DNA of 64,000 nt from an uncultured Armatimonadia bacterium. GTDB lineage: Bacteria > Armatimonadota > Zipacnadia > CAVVLO01. Numbering within the stretch: the first letter of the stretch is position 1; each line of letters opens with the position of its first letter. This document shows positions 49,432-62,869 of the stretch, one piece after another. The notes beneath the pieces were generated by a model, which searched no databases, was not told the DNA's origin, and saw only the letters and a program-made list of their open reading frames with translations. The DNA lies in assembly GCA_963749155.1 (NCBI GenBank), contig CAVVLO010000002.1, positions 1 through 64,000 of the forward strand, given 5' to 3'. The position numbers and the translations under genes were made by a program.

Positions 49432-51243
49432 ATGGAACAAGAGCTTACCCATATTCGTAACTTCTGCATCGTGGCGCATATCGACCACGGCAAGTCGACG
49501 CTGGCTGACCGGCTGCTCGAATACTGCGGCAATATCAATGCGCGCGAGCGGCGCGACCAGTTGCTTGATCAGATGGACCTGGAGCGCGAACGCGGTATAA
49601 CAATCAAGGCCAGCGCCGCTACCCTGCAATATCAGGCTGATGATGGTCTCACCTATGAACTCAACCTTATCGACACTCCCGGCCACGTAGATTTTTCCTA
49701 CGAGGTATCGCGCAGTATGGCGGCCTGTGAGGGCGCTTTATTGCTGGTGGATGCCGTGCATGGTATCCAGGCCCAGACCGTGGCCAACTGCTATCTTGCC
49801 CTCGAGAACAACCTCGAGATAGTGCCTGTCATCAACAAGATAGATATGTCTTTTGCAGACATTGCGCGGGTCTCTGAAGAACTGAAGGAATTCCTGGGAT
49901 TCCGGCCTGACGAAATTGTCCTGGCAAGCGCTAAAGAAGGCATTGGCACCAAAGAGGTGCTGGAAGCCATTGTCAAACGCCTGCCAGCCCCCAAAGGAGA
50001 TCCGGACGCTCCTCTAAAAGCTTTGATCTTTGATAGCGCTTATGACTCCTATGTTGGGGCAGTTGCGCATATCCGCCTGGTTGACGGAAAAGTCCGCAAA
50101 CGCGATATGTTGAAGATAATGTCCACTGGCAAGCAGTTCGAAGTGGACGAGGTGGGCATCTTCACCCCCAGGCTTCAGCTTGGCGAACAGCTTTCCGCGG
50201 GCCAGGTCGGCTATGTAGTAGCAGGCATCAAGGAAGTGCGAGACACTCGCAGTGGTGACACCATCACTTCAGCGGTCAATCCTGCCGAAACACCTCTGCC
50301 TGGCTATAATGACGTGAAGCCGATGGTCTTCTGTGGGCTATATCCGGTCAACGGAGAAGACTATCCAGTGCTTGCAGATGCAATTGAGAAGCTCAAGCTT
50401 AACGATGCCTCCTTCTCCTTCGAGCCAGAAAGCTCGGTCGCTCTGGGATTTGGTTACAGGTGCGGCTTTTTGGGCTTGCTGCATATGGAGATCTCGGTCG
50501 AGCGGTTGAGGCGCGAATTCGACCTCGAGCTAATAGCCACGGCGCCGAGCGTTGTATATCGCGTTTACCTGACGTCTGGAGAAATGCACGAGATAGACAG
50601 CCCAGCCAAGTTTCCGGTGGCCGAGCGCCTGGCTGCGCTTGAAGAACCAATCGTGCTAATGAAGATCTTCACCCCAGAGGAATATATAGGCTCCTGTATG
50701 GAACTTGCTCAGGACAGGCGGGGCCTCTTCCAGGATATGCACTTCGATACCCGCGACCGGGTGACCTTGACCTACAAGCTGCCCCTGGCCGAGATGCTGA
50801 TGGAGTTTATGGATCAACTCAAGAGCCGCACTCGCGGTTATGCCAGCTTCGATTATGACTTCTGCGAATACACCAAAGCAGAATTGTCCAAGGTCGACGT
50901 GATGATTAACCACGAAGTGGTTGACGCGCTTTCCTTCATCACCCACAAGAGCCTGGCCGAACGGCGTGGCCGGGCCCTGGTGGACAAGCTGAAGGAAGTC
51001 ATAGACCGGCAGCTCTTCGAGGTGCGTATACAGGCGGCGATCGGCTCGCGTATCATCGCCTCGGCCAAACTGACTGCTTACCGTAAAGACGTAATAGCCA
51101 AATGCTACGGGGGCGATATTACCCGCAAGCGGAAGCTGCTGGACAAGCAGAAAGAAGGCAAGAAGCGGATGAAGCAGATAGGCAAGGTGGAGGTGCCGCA
51201 AGAGGCCTTCCTCAGCGTGCTCAGGCTCGAGCGGGAGCAATGA
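49432..51243 (+). CDS. lepA: Elongation factor 4
   Basis: [37 protein letters not shown]. Confidence 0.98.
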   Translation: MEQELTHIRNFCIVAHIDHGKSTLADRLLEYCGNINARERRDQLLDQMDLERERGITIKASAATLQYQADDGLTYELNLIDTPGHVDFSYEVSRSMAACEGALLLVDAVHGIQAQTVANCYLALENNLEIVPVINKIDMSFADIARVSEELKEFLGFRPDEIVLASAKEGIGTKEVLEAIVKRLPAPKGDPDAPLKALIFDSAYDSYVGAVAHIRLVDGKVRKRDMLKIMSTGKQFEVDEVGIFTPRLQLGEQLSAGQVGYVVAGIKEVRDTRSGDTITSAVNPAETPLPGYNDVKPMVFCGLYPVNGEDYPVLADAIEKLKLNDASFSFEPESSVALGFGYRCGFLGLLHMEISVERLRREFDLELIATAPSVVYRVYLTSGEMHEIDSPAKFPVAERLAALEEPIVLMKIFTPEEYIGSCMELAQDRRGLFQDMHFDTRDRVTLTYKLPLAEMLMEFMDQLKSRTRGYASFDYDFCEYTKAELSKVDVMINHEVVDALSFITHKSLAERRGRALVDKLKEVIDRQLFEVRIQAAIGSRIIASAKLTAYRKDVIAKCYGGDITRKRKLLDKQKEGKKRMKQIGKVEVPQEAFLSVLRLEREQ

Positions 51244-52369
51244 GCGCCGGACTTTACGTCCACTTCCCCTTTTGTCGGCGCAAGTGCCCCTATTGCTCCT
51301 TCTACTCGGTAGAATCGCCAAACCTTGGAGCGAGCGAAGCCTGGGCCTGGGCCCTCAGTCGCGAAGCCCTGCTCAGGGCGCCTGGATGGGGCAGTTTCGA
51401 CACTTTTTATCTCGGAGGTGGCACGCCTTCACTGCTGTCTCCAGCCCAGCTCGAACTGCTGGTAAGGCAGCTTGCAGGCAGGCTTGACCTTTCGGTTTTA
51501 ACTGAGGCGACCCTTGAGGCTAATCCCGACAGCCTGAGTCAGGAGTTACTGCAAGCAGCCAGAGAGTCAGGTTTCACGAGGATCAGCCTTGGCGTACAGT
51601 CGCTTTCGGATGACCACCTTCGAAGGCTTGGCCGGTTGCATAACGCAGGCAGCGCCAGGCGCGCTGCCAGTATGGTAACCGAAGCAGGCCTCGATTTGAG
51701 CCTGGACCTGATTTTCGGCTTCAAAGGGCTCTCCCTCGGCGAATGGGAGCAGACCCTGGACGAGGCACTCAGGCTCGAGCCAGCGCATATCTCCTGTTAT
51801 GCCTTCAGCCAGGGACCCTCCCCTGCCTCTCCCCATCCAGCCAGCGACAAGGCCCAGGTAGATCAATATGAACTGGCCTGCGAGCGACTGGGTAAAGCAG
51901 GCTTGCTTCCGTACGAGCTCAGCAATTTTTCAAAGCCCGGCAGCGAAAGTCGCCACAACCAGAAATACTGGTCTGGAGAGCCCTATTTGGGACTGGGGCC
52001 GGCAGCCCATTCTTATGATGGAAAAGCCCGCTGGTCGAATTCGGCAAGTCTTGCCAGTTGGCATAAGGCCCTCGGAGAATGGATACTGCCCACAGTCGAA
52101 AGAGAACAACTGACCGGAGCAAGACGCCTGCCGGAGTTGATTTCTCCGGCCTGAGAGCGCGCGAGGGGCTGGATCTGGTCCAGTTAGAAGAAGCTTGTGG
52201 GCTAGCCCTTGGCCAACAGGCAAGCACGGAACTTGCCCTGCTTGCCGCTGAAGGGCTGCTTGTCAGCACCGGCGCAGGCAGACTTGCCTGCACTGCCAAA
52301 GGCCGCCTGTACAGCGATGCGCTTGCTTTAAGGCTGGTTCAGGCAGCTCGAAAGGAGGAAACAACGTGA
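51240..52369 (+). CDS. hemW: Radical SAM heme chaperone; frameshift near 52120
   Basis: [34 protein letters not shown]; follows lepA. Confidence 0.88.
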
Positions 52370-53511
52370 TAAAAGGCCTGACACTCAGCCGGATTTCACT
52401 CGATGCCTTCAATAAAGACAGGCTTTGGAGCTTCCTCCTGGGAGGCAGTCTGATCGCCCTGGCCCAACTCTGGGGCTGGCTGGTGAGACTTGCTCCGAAT
52501 AGTGTCGCTCACTGGATTTTTGAGTCTATCGGAGCGACCCTCTTCCTCACCGGACTGGTCTGGTTACTCGCCCTCAGAGCCCGTCTGACCTGGCAGCGTT
52601 TGGGAGTCAGTTTGCTCATCTGCCTGTTTGTTGGCCTGGCTTACAGCGCTTTCTCGATGGTGGTCGATCCCCTGACTATCAAGCGAGCCCCTATTGACAC
52701 GCTGGATCCTGAGGTCAGAGTACATCGAATATTATTTTGGGTTATATCAGGCGCAATGGCCTTGCTGCTGATTGTGCTGGGCAGCTATCAGGTGGCAAAA
52801 AGCGACCTGATCTCGCCTTTCCGCAACAAGCTGATAGCAGCTCTGGGGCTGAACGTGATGGCCGCGAGTTATGTAACTGGTGAATATGTGGGCCTTATCA
52901 CTCCAAGTCGGGCGTTTTATCTGCGAGAGACCTGGTTGCTGGCAATGGATGTTTGGGTCTTGCCCCTGCTGGCTGGAGCGATGCTGCTTGGCTCTACTTT
53001 CGGCACGAAATACGACACGCGCCAACTGCTGCGCAGTCTGATTGGCTGGATATGGCTGCCCATACTGGCCTTCCTGGCGCCCAGAATTCACCTCTATCAG
53101 CCCTTCTGGTTCCTATTGTCAGCCTTGATTGCGATGGAACTTATCCGTAATGGCCAGCCACTGCCTGGGCATGGTTCGACCAAGCGCCTCGGCGGGGCAG
53201 GTGGCGTAGCGATAGGAATTGCTCTGCTTGCGCAGGGCTCAAGCCAGGTACCTGTGCCTCAGCTTGGCATATTGTTGTTGTTATCAGGCCTTACTCTGCT
53301 GTTATTTGCACGGACCAGTGACGAATTTCACGGGCGCAAAGGAGTCGCCCTTCATCCGCTTGGCAAGCAGAAGGGCGGACTTGTGATTGTGGCAGGTAGA
53401 GAACTGGAAGTTGCAACCGCCAAAGACAGGTTCGACCCAGGAGACGGGCTGGCTGTGGGCGCCTTGCCAGAAGGCGATTTTGTAGCAATACCTTTGGACT
53501 TCAAAGGCTAG
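52366..53511 (+). CDS. Polytopic membrane protein, possible NfeD-like C-terminal domain
   Basis: Many TMs; C-terminal GRKGVALHPL...GGLVIVAG. Confidence 0.6.
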   Translation: MIKGLTLSRISLDAFNKDRLWSFLLGGSLIALAQLWGWLVRLAPNSVAHWIFESIGATLFLTGLVWLLALRARLTWQRLGVSLLICLFVGLAYSAFSMVVDPLTIKRAPIDTLDPEVRVHRILFWVISGAMALLLIVLGSYQVAKSDLISPFRNKLIAALGLNVMAASYVTGEYVGLITPSRAFYLRETWLLAMDVWVLPLLAGAMLLGSTFGTKYDTRQLLRSLIGWIWLPILAFLAPRIHLYQPFWFLLSALIAMELIRNGQPLPGHGSTKRLGGAGGVAIGIALLAQGSSQVPVPQLGILLLLSGLTLLLFARTSDEFHGRKGVALHPLGKQKGGLVIVAGRELEVATAKDRFDPGDGLAVGALPEGDFVAIPLDFKG

Positions 53512-55432
53512 CTGTCACCAAGCTCAGGCACTAGCTCTCGGACTTCTCCCTCGAGCGCCTGCAACACGCGTCTTCCGGCATCGGGGATGCCGTGCAAGCC
53601 CCAAAGCCCTTTTTGGGGAAGGGGCGCCTGGGTCATCAGATGGGTGGCCTGACTATGCTGTCGCACCGCGTCCTGAAGCTCTGCAAGCGCCCTGGTCCTG
53701 AGCGTCCCCTGAGCCTCGGGGTCTTCTTCCAGCTTCAGTTCTGCCTTCATCACCAGCGCTTTGGTATGGTGATATACCCCATGCAGGAGTAACTCCGTGA
53801 ACTTTACCGCGTTCAGTTCTGCCGCTAGTCGCAGGCTCCCGCGCTTGGGGGACCTGGCGCTAAAGACAGCAGCAAGCTCAAGAGCCTCTTGTAACAATTG
53901 GCGAGATTCGCGTAACTCCGCTAAGCAGTTGCTGGCCTTCCTCAAGTGAAGTGAAGCGCGGCACTTTTATGTCGTGATGCCTGGCAACCCCGGCCATCGC
54001 TCGCTCCAGCCCAAAGTAGAACGCTTCGAGTTGCTCGGAAGGTTCGCCGTAGAGTCCAAGGACATAGTCTTTAACCAGCTCTTCTGGCGCCGAGGAGACC
54101 TTCCAGAGGCAGCGCGAGAAAGCATAAAGATTGAGCCCGTAAGCGATACTCGAGTATTCGCCAAAGATAAGGCAGTACAATCCTGTGATCGCCATCCTGC
54201 GGTACACTTCCGCATCCTCAACTATAACGCTGGTAAGAGGAATCGCCTGGCTGCCAAACAGGATAGCGTCTCCATAATATTCGAGCAGGCAGGCGCGTCC
54301 TTCAAAAGAGGGCAGCAAGCCTTCCAGCGCCTGGACATAGCCCTGATTCGGTTCTCCACACTCGCCAGCCAGACTCTCGCCATAGCTGCGTTCTCGCGGC
54401 GCATATGCCAGCAAGGTCCTGGACGAGGGAACCGAGCTAAAATCAGGTTTCAACGTGTCATGATAGGCCAGATAATCTACGGCAAGGGCTAGCTGTTGAT
54501 TATCCAGTTCCTGGGCTACTGCGTTCACGACACGCAGATATTGCTCCGAGGGGGATAGAGAAGAACAATCTGGGCAGAAGCACCAGCTCCCCCCCATAAC
54601 GTCTTCGCCCCAGAGATGCAAAACATTGGCCAGTGGAAACTGTTTTACGTGCTCGCAAGCAGCCTTGGCTACTAGCTGAAGAGCCTCGGGGGAGGAAACA
54701 CAAAGGTTGCCAGTGGGGGTGCGGTTGCCCTGCTTGTCGGCGCGAAAATACTCGGGATGCTGCTCGAACAATTCGCGAGGCAGCAAAGTTGGGATGATAT
54801 GCCCGCCCACCTCGTGGGCGATGCCTCGACTGCGCATATCGCCAGCCAGCTCACAACAGACTTCTGGCGTCCTGGCAGACAGAAACTGATTGAGACCGCG
54901 TTTGCCCATCCAGTCGAGCCAGGCGCGCTCGGAGTCGAGATGACGTTTACGCTCGGCCGGTCGGTCGAAATGGACATGATGGGTGTCTTCCCACAGTCCT
55001 CGCAGTAGAAATTCGGGATTTTCTTCCGTCTCGCCGATTGGCAGATGAAAGCTCCGGCGTATCCGGCACAAACTCGCCTTCTGGCCCAGGCAGGATGAAC
55101 CGACAGCCTGCCAGCTCCAACAGGCGATAAGCGGCCCGGAGCACGCCTTGCCTGCCTCCGCCTCCAACCATTATCCGGTTCGCCATCACGGTTACCGTGT
55201 TGCGGTCTGGAGCCAGCTGCCAGCCTGGTTCTGGTTCGCCATCGCCTACCACTAAAACTGGCCCGCGATAATCTTCTCCGACCAGTGGCAAAGGCGCGCC
55301 GGTCATCTGCTTCAGATAGCGCTGCAGTTCGCTTGCCGCGAAGTGCGCAACTTCACTTGAGCCTTCTGGCACGAGCAGGCTGAAGCGGCTTTTGCCTCCA
55401 CTGGCAACAAGACACTGGTCCGAGGCCACCCT
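53508..55432 (-). CDS. DUF4838-like glycoside-hydrolase-related protein, split by two frameshifts (near 55030 and 53940)
   Basis: AASELQRYLKQMTG, RAAYRLLE..GCRF..PG, FEQHPEYF, LCVSSP, YLAYHDT. Confidence 0.7.
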
Positions 55433-56448
55433 CAATCCTCCATCACGATAAGCGATTTGACCGAATCAGGTTCTTTGAGGGAGAAGAGCGCCTGAGGCCC
55501 TTCATCCAGCGAGAAGCGCTTCTTGATTAGAGGCGCAACCTGGACGCGCCCGGAGGCGATAAGGCGCAAGGAACGACTATTGGTGAAGGGATTTGTGAAG
55601 GAACCCCGGATTGTCAGCTCTCTCAGATAGACATCATACGGGCTGAGGGGGATGGTGGCCTTGGGATCTCCGACGCCGAAGAACAGCACCAAACCCCGGT
55701 TGCGCACGAGTTCCAGCGCCTGAGCTGCAGTCTGAGTGCGACCGACTGCCTCAATGATGACTTCAGCCCCCTGAGGCGCATGCGAATAGACCACCTGCTT
55801 CAAGTCCTCAGTGGTTGGATCTACAACGATGTCCACCCCCAGCTGGAGGGCCAGCGCGCGCTTCTCGGGCAGCGGATCGCTGACGATGACAGTCGAAGCG
55901 CCGGCGCTACGAGCAAGCTGCGCCAGGATAAGCCCTATTGTGCCTCCCCCCAGGATAACTACCCTCTGGCCTGGCTGTATCTCGGCCTGGTCAATGCCAT
56001 GCACACAGCAAGCCACCGGCTCGGCGAAAGCCGCTTCAGCATAAGACAGCCCCTCAGGCACTGGCACCAGTTGATTCTCCGGTACGGCGCAGTATTCGGC
56101 ATGGCCCCCATCGCGAGTAACCCCGATAGAGATACGGTTGAGGCAGTGTTGCTTTATGTGTTCCCAGCAAAACTCGCATTGATTACACTGGATATTGGGA
56201 TCTACTGCTACCCGTTGGCCAACTCTCCAGTTTGTCACCGCCTGGCCAATCTCGACAATCTCACCGGCAAACTCGTGGCCAGGTATCACGGGGAACGAAC
56301 CCCAGAATTCGCCTTCATACATATGCATATCGGTGCCACAGATACCCGAAGCGTGAACCTTTACCAGCACTTCATTGGGTAACAGCCTGGGGTCGGGCGC
56401 CTCGGTCACAATCGCAGAACGCGCCTGGGGAAATACCATCGCTTTCAT
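55432..56448 (-). CDS. Zinc-dependent sugar/polyol dehydrogenase (MDR family)
   Basis: GICGTD, GHEFAG, CxxCxxC, AEPVAC, GGGTIG. Confidence 0.92.
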   Translation of the reverse strand: MKAMVFPQARSAIVTEAPDPRLLPNEVLVKVHASGICGTDMHMYEGEFWGSFPVIPGHEFAGEIVEIGQAVTNWRVGQRVAVDPNIQCNQCEFCWEHIKQHCLNRISIGVTRDGGHAEYCAVPENQLVPVPEGLSYAEAAFAEPVACCVHGIDQAEIQPGQRVVILGGGTIGLILAQLARSAGASTVIVSDPLPEKRALALQLGVDIVVDPTTEDLKQVVYSHAPQGAEVIIEAVGRTQTAAQALELVRNRGLVLFFGVGDPKATIPLSPYDVYLRELTIRGSFTNPFTNSRSLRLIASGRVQVAPLIKKRFSLDEGPQALFSLKEPDSVKSLIVMED

Positions 56449-56594
56449 TATTGCATCACTCCCTGAAAGGACAGGCCGACCCTTGCTGAGCCTGGGCTGG
56501 TTTCTTCTGCTCTGGAGCCGAGTCCTCCTGCCAGGGCAGGGCTTTACTCTCTCGGCGCGAAAAGTCTTCTATCCACGGGGGGGAGGCAAGCCTT

Positions 56595-59500
56595 ATGAGC
56601 AATTTCCTGACATCAGGCCAGGCCTTGGTAGTAAGTATTGCCCTGGTCTTATTTCTAACTACCATCTCCAATGCCCAGACAGACGCCGAGTGACGAGTGG
56701 CTGGCTGGCAATGTTGCCCTCGGTGCGCTATACACTTACAGCTTCGATCCGCCTCCCGCCAACGACGTGGCGCTAAACAGACTGACCGACGGGGTGCCAC
56801 GCACTCCATATGCGGCCAATCTTCCTGCGGGCCAGTCAGTCACCCTTGACCTGGGCAGACCTCTGGACAGGCTGCAACCGGGTTGCCCTGCACTCCTGGG
56901 CGGATGCCGAACACGGTGTGGCTGCCAGTGGGTTTCTCCTTGAGGCAAGTTTGGACGGCGCGGTCTTCGTGGAGGTAGGCAGACTGCCCAAAGCAACAGC
57001 TCTTGGGTGGACTCTTGCCGAGGCTGACCTGCCCGCCGTTTACTGCCCGGTATGTGCGCATCACGGCCTTGCAATATGAATCGGCAAGCCAGTCCACGGT
57101 AGACGAGATCCAGGTCTTCAGGGCCAGGCCCCCGGTTAGTGGCCCCAGGCCAGAGCGAGTAGCAATCTTTAAGGATGCCTCCTTGAAAGCTGGGCCTGGC
57201 GCTTCCAGTCCAGACTTCCTCGCCAGCCTGCTCGAGGAGGCCGGACTCGAACCTGTCTTGCTAGGTGCTGCGGAGCTTGCAAGTCCGGCCTCGCTAAATC
57301 CGGCTTCTTGTCCTGTGCTGGTATTGCCTTATGGAGAGTACTTCCCTGTCACGGCGGTAGAAAATCTGCGCCGCTATCTGATGAATGGGGGCAGCTTCTT
57401 CTCGACTGGAGGTTACGCCTTCAACGAGTCCTATGTGCCAGAGGGGCAGAAGAACGAGCTGACAGCTACGAACTGGGATCTGGAGCAGGGACAAGCTGGC
57501 AGCGAACCTGAAGGCTGGCATATTGCTGGCATCTCCGCACTTGACACTGAGGTCTTCCACACTGGCCAGCAATCGCTGCGGGTCGAGAATCCAACCGAGC
57601 CGATGGGAGGCTCGCAGGCCGCGCTGGAATTGCCAGGCCTTGAGCGAGGCAAGCAGCAAAGCTTCAGGATGAAACTCTGGACAAAAACCGAAGCCATCCA
57701 GGGGCAGGGATTTGCCTATATCGCCGTCTACCAGCTGGATCAACAGGACAATATCGTCGCCTGGCGTGATTATGTGACACTAAGAGGCGGAGATCAGTGG
57801 AGTGGTGTCGCGCCTGAGGCAAGAGACAAGGACTGGCGCGAGTTTAGCTTCGTAGTGGACAAGGCGCCTGCTGCAGAACGCGCGGAGCTCCGGGTGGGCC
57901 TCTACCAGGCCAAAGGCAAGCTCTGGGTGGACGACATCAGCCTGGAGCCTTTCTATCAGATAAACACAGCAGATGGCCGGGTGCAGGATGGGCTGCATTT
58001 TAGCGATCTGCAGATCGGTGTTTTCGATCCTGCCTTCGCCTTGAAGCGCGTAACTGAAGCCCGAGCGCTGCCTGGCCAAAACTTGCTGCCGCCGGATTTC
58101 AGACTGGAAGGGCCTCTGGAAGGATTCGCGGCGGTGGGATACACGGGGGGTGATGGTCCGGCTGGAATCAGGGCGCGCTGGATTCCGCTGGTTGAAACTT
58201 ATGACAGATATGGCCGAGTGCGAGGTCCGCTGATCTCAATGATGCATATGTACGCTGGGCTTTACAAGGATTCGACCTGGGCCTTCTCGGGAGTGACGAA
58301 CCAGGACCTTTTCACCGCCCAGCAACCAGAGCTTTGCGAGGCTTTCGTCAGTGTTGTGCGCCATATGCTGAGGGGCCTGTTCCTCAGCCGGGTTTTGCCT
58401 GAGCCTGCCTGCGTGCGTCAGGGCCAGGAAGCAAGCTTCAAGGTGCTTGTCACCAACTCATCCTGGGATGAACACGCAGTCGATGTGGAGCTGGAACTGG
58501 CAAACTCGGCCGGAAAGAGAATAGAGCTTCAAAATCAATCAGTTACGCTAGCCCCTCAGTCGGAACAGGAGCTGACTTTCAACTGGGCACCCGAGCGTTA
58601 TGAGGAAGATTTTTACATCGCCGAGGTGCGATTGTTGTCAGGAAGCCAATCCCTCGACCAGGCATCAAGCGGGTTAACTGTATGGGATCCAGCAACACTT
58701 GCCAAAGGGCTCAAGCTGGATTATCAGGACAACTATTTCGAGATCGAAGGCCGGCCCCAGTTCCTTGAAGGCTGCAAGACCGCGAGCTTCTACCTCGACG
58801 AGATACCCCAAGAGAATCCTGGCTATTGGGAATATATGTTTTCGAAGATGAGCGACAATGGCCTCAACCTTTATGGAGTGGTAGGCACAGATCGCACCTA
58901 CGACAACTTCCGAGATCCGGCTCCCAAAGCGCTTGGTCGCCTGGATAGTCTTGTTCAGACTATGGTCAAACACGGAGTAACGCCGGTCTTCCACCTGGGT
59001 TACGGCCCAACGACGACCGGCGACTGGAAGGCAAATGCCGAATATGACCGGAAACTGGCTGAACGTTATAGTGAAGTCCCCACTTTGCTTGCGCACTTGT
59101 CAGGCGACATACCCCTTGAGGTAGCAGACAACGAGGTTATGAACGAAGCTTTCAGGGCCTTCCTCAAAGCGAGCTATGCCACTGATGAGGCGCTCCAGCA
59201 GGCCTGGGACTCGGCAGAGGCAACCTTGGCAACCGCTTCACTGGAAGGTTACACCTACAACACCTGGCCCTGGAACAAGGCCTGGGACGATGTAAAAGCC
59301 CGCGACGTGCTGCTCTTTGCGATGGGCTGGTGCCGCGCCTGGCACGAGGAGATGGCTGCCGGAGCGCGAGAAGGCAACCCTGACAAGAATTTGTTGCTGA
59401 CCTCCGAATTCTGGTTCCAGCAGATACTGGACCAGCGCAACTGCGGAGATATGCTGGATTTCTCGGTCACCAATGTTGGACTTGGTGACAGAGAGACAGT

Positions 59501-61010
59501 GTTCGCCTATTCGCCTGCTTACCTGGCCTTCAGCGATCTGCGCAATGAAGGCAAGAGCTTCACCATCGGCGAGTTCGGCGCCCAGGTGCATCCGGCCTTC
59601 GAGGGGCGCGGTTATAGCTGGGAGACGGAGACAGGGGCAAGCCAGCGCTATCATCTCATCGCCCACCATATGTTCGTGATGGGGGGGTCGATGATAAACG
59701 ACTGGGACTGGCAGGACCTGGACTACTATACCTTCCCCTGGGGTGTGGTCCACGAAGGCGATCTGGCCGACAAAGACCTGCTTTACACGTATCGCAACCT
59801 GGGCGTCCTGTATCGCTATTTCCAGCCCGCCTGGCAGCCTCCAAAAGTCTGGTGTCTGCTTGAAGACGATCACCGGTATGGAGGGCAGTACTTCAAGGTC
59901 ACGCAGCATCTGATGGACGCGTTGGACCTGCTCTCGCGCTCGCACGTGGATTTCGCCGTGGCCAATAGCTGGAAACTGGATACTGTGCCCAAAGACGCCG
60001 AAGTGTTGTTCTGGCCCATACCGTATTCGCCTTCGGATGAGACGGTTGCCAGGCTCAAAGAGCGAGTCGAGGCAGGGGCTACGCTTATCGTAACTGGCGA
60101 TCTGAGTTTTGGTCCAGAGAAGCGGCGCACCCGCCAGTCGCGGCTGGAAGAACTGTGCGGGGTGCGTTTCGAGGCAGAAGCCTGGCCTGCGCTGCAGTAC
60201 CCGCGCGATGCGGAGCAGCAGATTACGGCAAGTGACGGCTTTACCTGGCAAGGCGCCCCAGCGATCCGCATAAGCCTGGCAGGAGCGAAGGCGCTCGCTA
60301 GCGATGAAGAAGGCCGGCCTGTTGTCACCGAGTTCGCTCTCGGGCAGGGCAAGGTGCTCTTCTCGGCCGATCCCCTCTGCCTGCATTCCACTGCCAAAGA
60401 AAAAACCCGGCAAGCTGAAGGGGCAAAGGTCTATTCCTGGTTGCTGAGGCAAGCTGGCGCACCTCGGTTGGCCTTAAGCCCTGACGACCCCGATGTGCGC
60501 GTTAGCACTCTGCCGACAAAGGACGGCACCGAGGTCGTGGGCCTCTATAACGCCTCGGACGACCGCACCATCACCGTGAGGGTTGACGCTTTCGGCCACC
60601 AGGCCAGCCTTACGCTGCCGCCGCTCTTCCCCGCTCTGATAGCCTACAAAGAAGGAAAACTTGTAGCGCTTGAAGCTCATGGCGAGGTTACGGTGGACGG
60701 AGTCCAGGTGAAGCAGGGCGAAGCTTTCGCTGGATTGCTCTCGCTGGATGGGAAAGCGCTTTCGGCCAGCCAGGCCGTGTTGGTGTTGCCCTTCTCCTCG
60801 GGGCACCTGCAAATGGCTGGCAGTTGTTCTGGCTGGATTGCCGGGGAGCTACAGGCAGGCAAATTCGCCGAATATGACAGGGGAAGTCTGGGTTCGTCAC
60901 TCTTGCTGGACGAGAATCTGGCTACCTGCCTGGTAATATTGGCAAACCCCGAGACTGAAGCCCAGGCCAAACAGGCTGTGGAAGCTCTTTTCCCAAGGGT
61001 ATCAAAGTGA
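56595..61010 (+). CDS. Large secreted multidomain GH42-like glycoside hydrolase (discoidin, CBM-like and trimerisation domains); 5' part frameshifted
   Basis: SD GGAGG and signal peptide at 56595; TLDLG...ARYVRI...DEIQVF; FRAFLKASY...LQQAW; IGEFG. Confidence 0.65.
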
Positions 61011-61044
61011 CACAAAAGGAGAGTATCGCTTGAGAGCTTTCTCG

Positions 61045-61863
61045 ATGCCGCTTGGGCTTGCCAGTTATAGCCTGCATTGTCATCTGGGACGTCACCCAGA
61101 CTCAGCCTGGGCCTCGCCTTATGACGCCTTCTGGGTACTGGAACAAGCCAGCCAGCTTGACCTGCACGGTGTCCAGTTCAGCCCGAAGCATTTCGAGCTG
61201 GATTTCCACCTCCTGGAACGTCTGGGGCAACGAGCACGAGAACTTGGGCTCTATCTGGAGCTAGGGGCTAACGGTATCGAACCGCGCAGGCTGACCAAAT
61301 TGCTCGAAGGTGCTTCAGTCGCTGGTGCTCAGGTGGTGAGAGTGACTCTTGACGTCGACCTGAGCGCGCCCTTGCCTCCCCAACTGGAGACCGCCCTTGA
61401 AATTTTGCGCCAGGTCAGCCGTTCAGCCTGTCAGTATGGGGTATTTCTGGCGATTGAGAACCACCAGGACTTGACCAGTGAGGAACTGTTAAGGCTGCTG
61501 GAGCAGGTAGACAGCCCCTATGTTGGCGTTTGCCTGGACTTCGGCAACAACCTGGAACTGGGCGAAGCGCCGGAAGATACCGTACTGCAGCTTGCCCCCC
61601 ATACGGTTAGCGTGCACCTTAAGGACTGCCAGCTTCCCCCTGGGCGTGATCCTGAACGCGCTGGCCGGCTGGCGCTTGGAGAAGGCGACCTGCCCCTGCG
61701 GAAGCTAATCGAGTTGCTGGTCGAGAATTCCGAGGTGGACAGGTTGTTAATCGAGACACCTTTCACGCCCTATGAGGGCGACCTGGAGCGCAGCCTGAGG
61801 GAGGAGCAGGCGCAACTTGCGCGCAGTGTAGAATACTCTCGCAAGCATCTGCATCTTGGCTAG
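61045..61863 (+). CDS. Sugar phosphate isomerase/epimerase (xylose-isomerase-like TIM barrel)
   Basis: AIENH, CLDFGN, VHLKD, LGEGDL. Confidence 0.88.
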   Translation: MPLGLASYSLHCHLGRHPDSAWASPYDAFWVLEQASQLDLHGVQFSPKHFELDFHLLERLGQRARELGLYLELGANGIEPRRLTKLLEGASVAGAQVVRVTLDVDLSAPLPPQLETALEILRQVSRSACQYGVFLAIENHQDLTSEELLRLLEQVDSPYVGVCLDFGNNLELGEAPEDTVLQLAPHTVSVHLKDCQLPPGRDPERAGRLALGEGDLPLRKLIELLVENSEVDRLLIETPFTPYEGDLERSLREEQAQLARSVEYSRKHLHLG

Positions 61864-61866
61864 AAC

Positions 61867-62762
61867 CTATTTCGGCTTGGTACCAGGCGCATGCGAGCCA
61901 TAAAGTGCTTTCGAGTTCATTCGCGCATAGTGGTAGAGATACTGCTGAGCGTATCCCGCGTTAGGTCCAAACTTGTCCCTTGCATAGCCTGCCAGCTTGC
62001 CGTAATTGCTGGTGTCAGGGGCGTCGTAATGCGTAACAAGCAACCGTTTTATCCAGGTGTCCACGGGAAGGCTTCGTATTGCGCCAGGGCAAACAGGCAG
62101 ACGCAGTCAGCGACTTTTTCTCCTACACCAGGCAAAGTGGTCATCAACTGCTGGCTAGCGGGATAAGGCAGTTGCGCGAGCTCGGTCAGGTCTAGCCTGC
62201 CACTGGCTGCGATTTCGGCCACCTGGGCGACAAACTTCGCGCGGAAGCCCATCCTGGTCGTGCGCAGCAGGGGCTCCCCCATTGCCGCCAGTTCGGCTGG
62301 GGTTGGGAAGCAGCAGAAGGGTTGCTGGCCTTTTTCGATAGCCTGGCCCCCGAGGTCGCACATCGAGTCGATGTTAATCATTATCTTGGGTATGTTGCTG
62401 GCCGCCGAAACTATGAAGGAGATCAAGCATTCGAACAAGGGTTGCCTGACCAGGCGCAGCCCCCAAAACTGCTCCTTTGCCGCTTCCAGCAGGGGATCCT
62501 GGGGGAAAGTGCTTGCTATATCGGCAAGAGAAGCCTCCAGGCCGAGATAACGATTAAGTGTTTTCGGGTCGGCCAAGCCAGCCAGAGGCTTTGCAAACAA
62601 CCGCTCTCCCTGCTGAGAGAGCCGATAAAGAGTACTACCGGCAGGGCCAATCCAGGCGCCATCAGGCTCCGGACGCCACCTGAAGGTCTGGCCTGAACCC
62701 AGAGTATGGGCGAGGTTGAAGTCGCGGGCTTCCAGTTCGAAAGTTTTGGTAGACTTGCTCAT
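61867..62762 (-). CDS. 8-oxoguanine DNA glycosylase (OGG1-like HhH-GPD); frameshift near 62065
   Basis: SGQTFRW, ECLISFI, FPTP, GFRAK, LPGVGEKVADCV, FP(V)DTWI, AGYAQQYLY. Confidence 0.9.
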
Positions 62763-62869
62763 CGTCCGCCTATTATACGGGAAGTACTGTCCCAGAAAAG
62801 GGTCCGGTGGTGACATTAGGGCGAGGCATCGTGTAAACTGCCAGTCTAGTCCCAGGGGAGGGAAAGCAA

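Noticed and set aside
59238..60452. Long antisense ORFs (also 32960..33955, 36173..37165, 39027..39920)
   Set aside because: Shadow frames of well-supported genes in GC-rich DNA, with no recognisable motifs.
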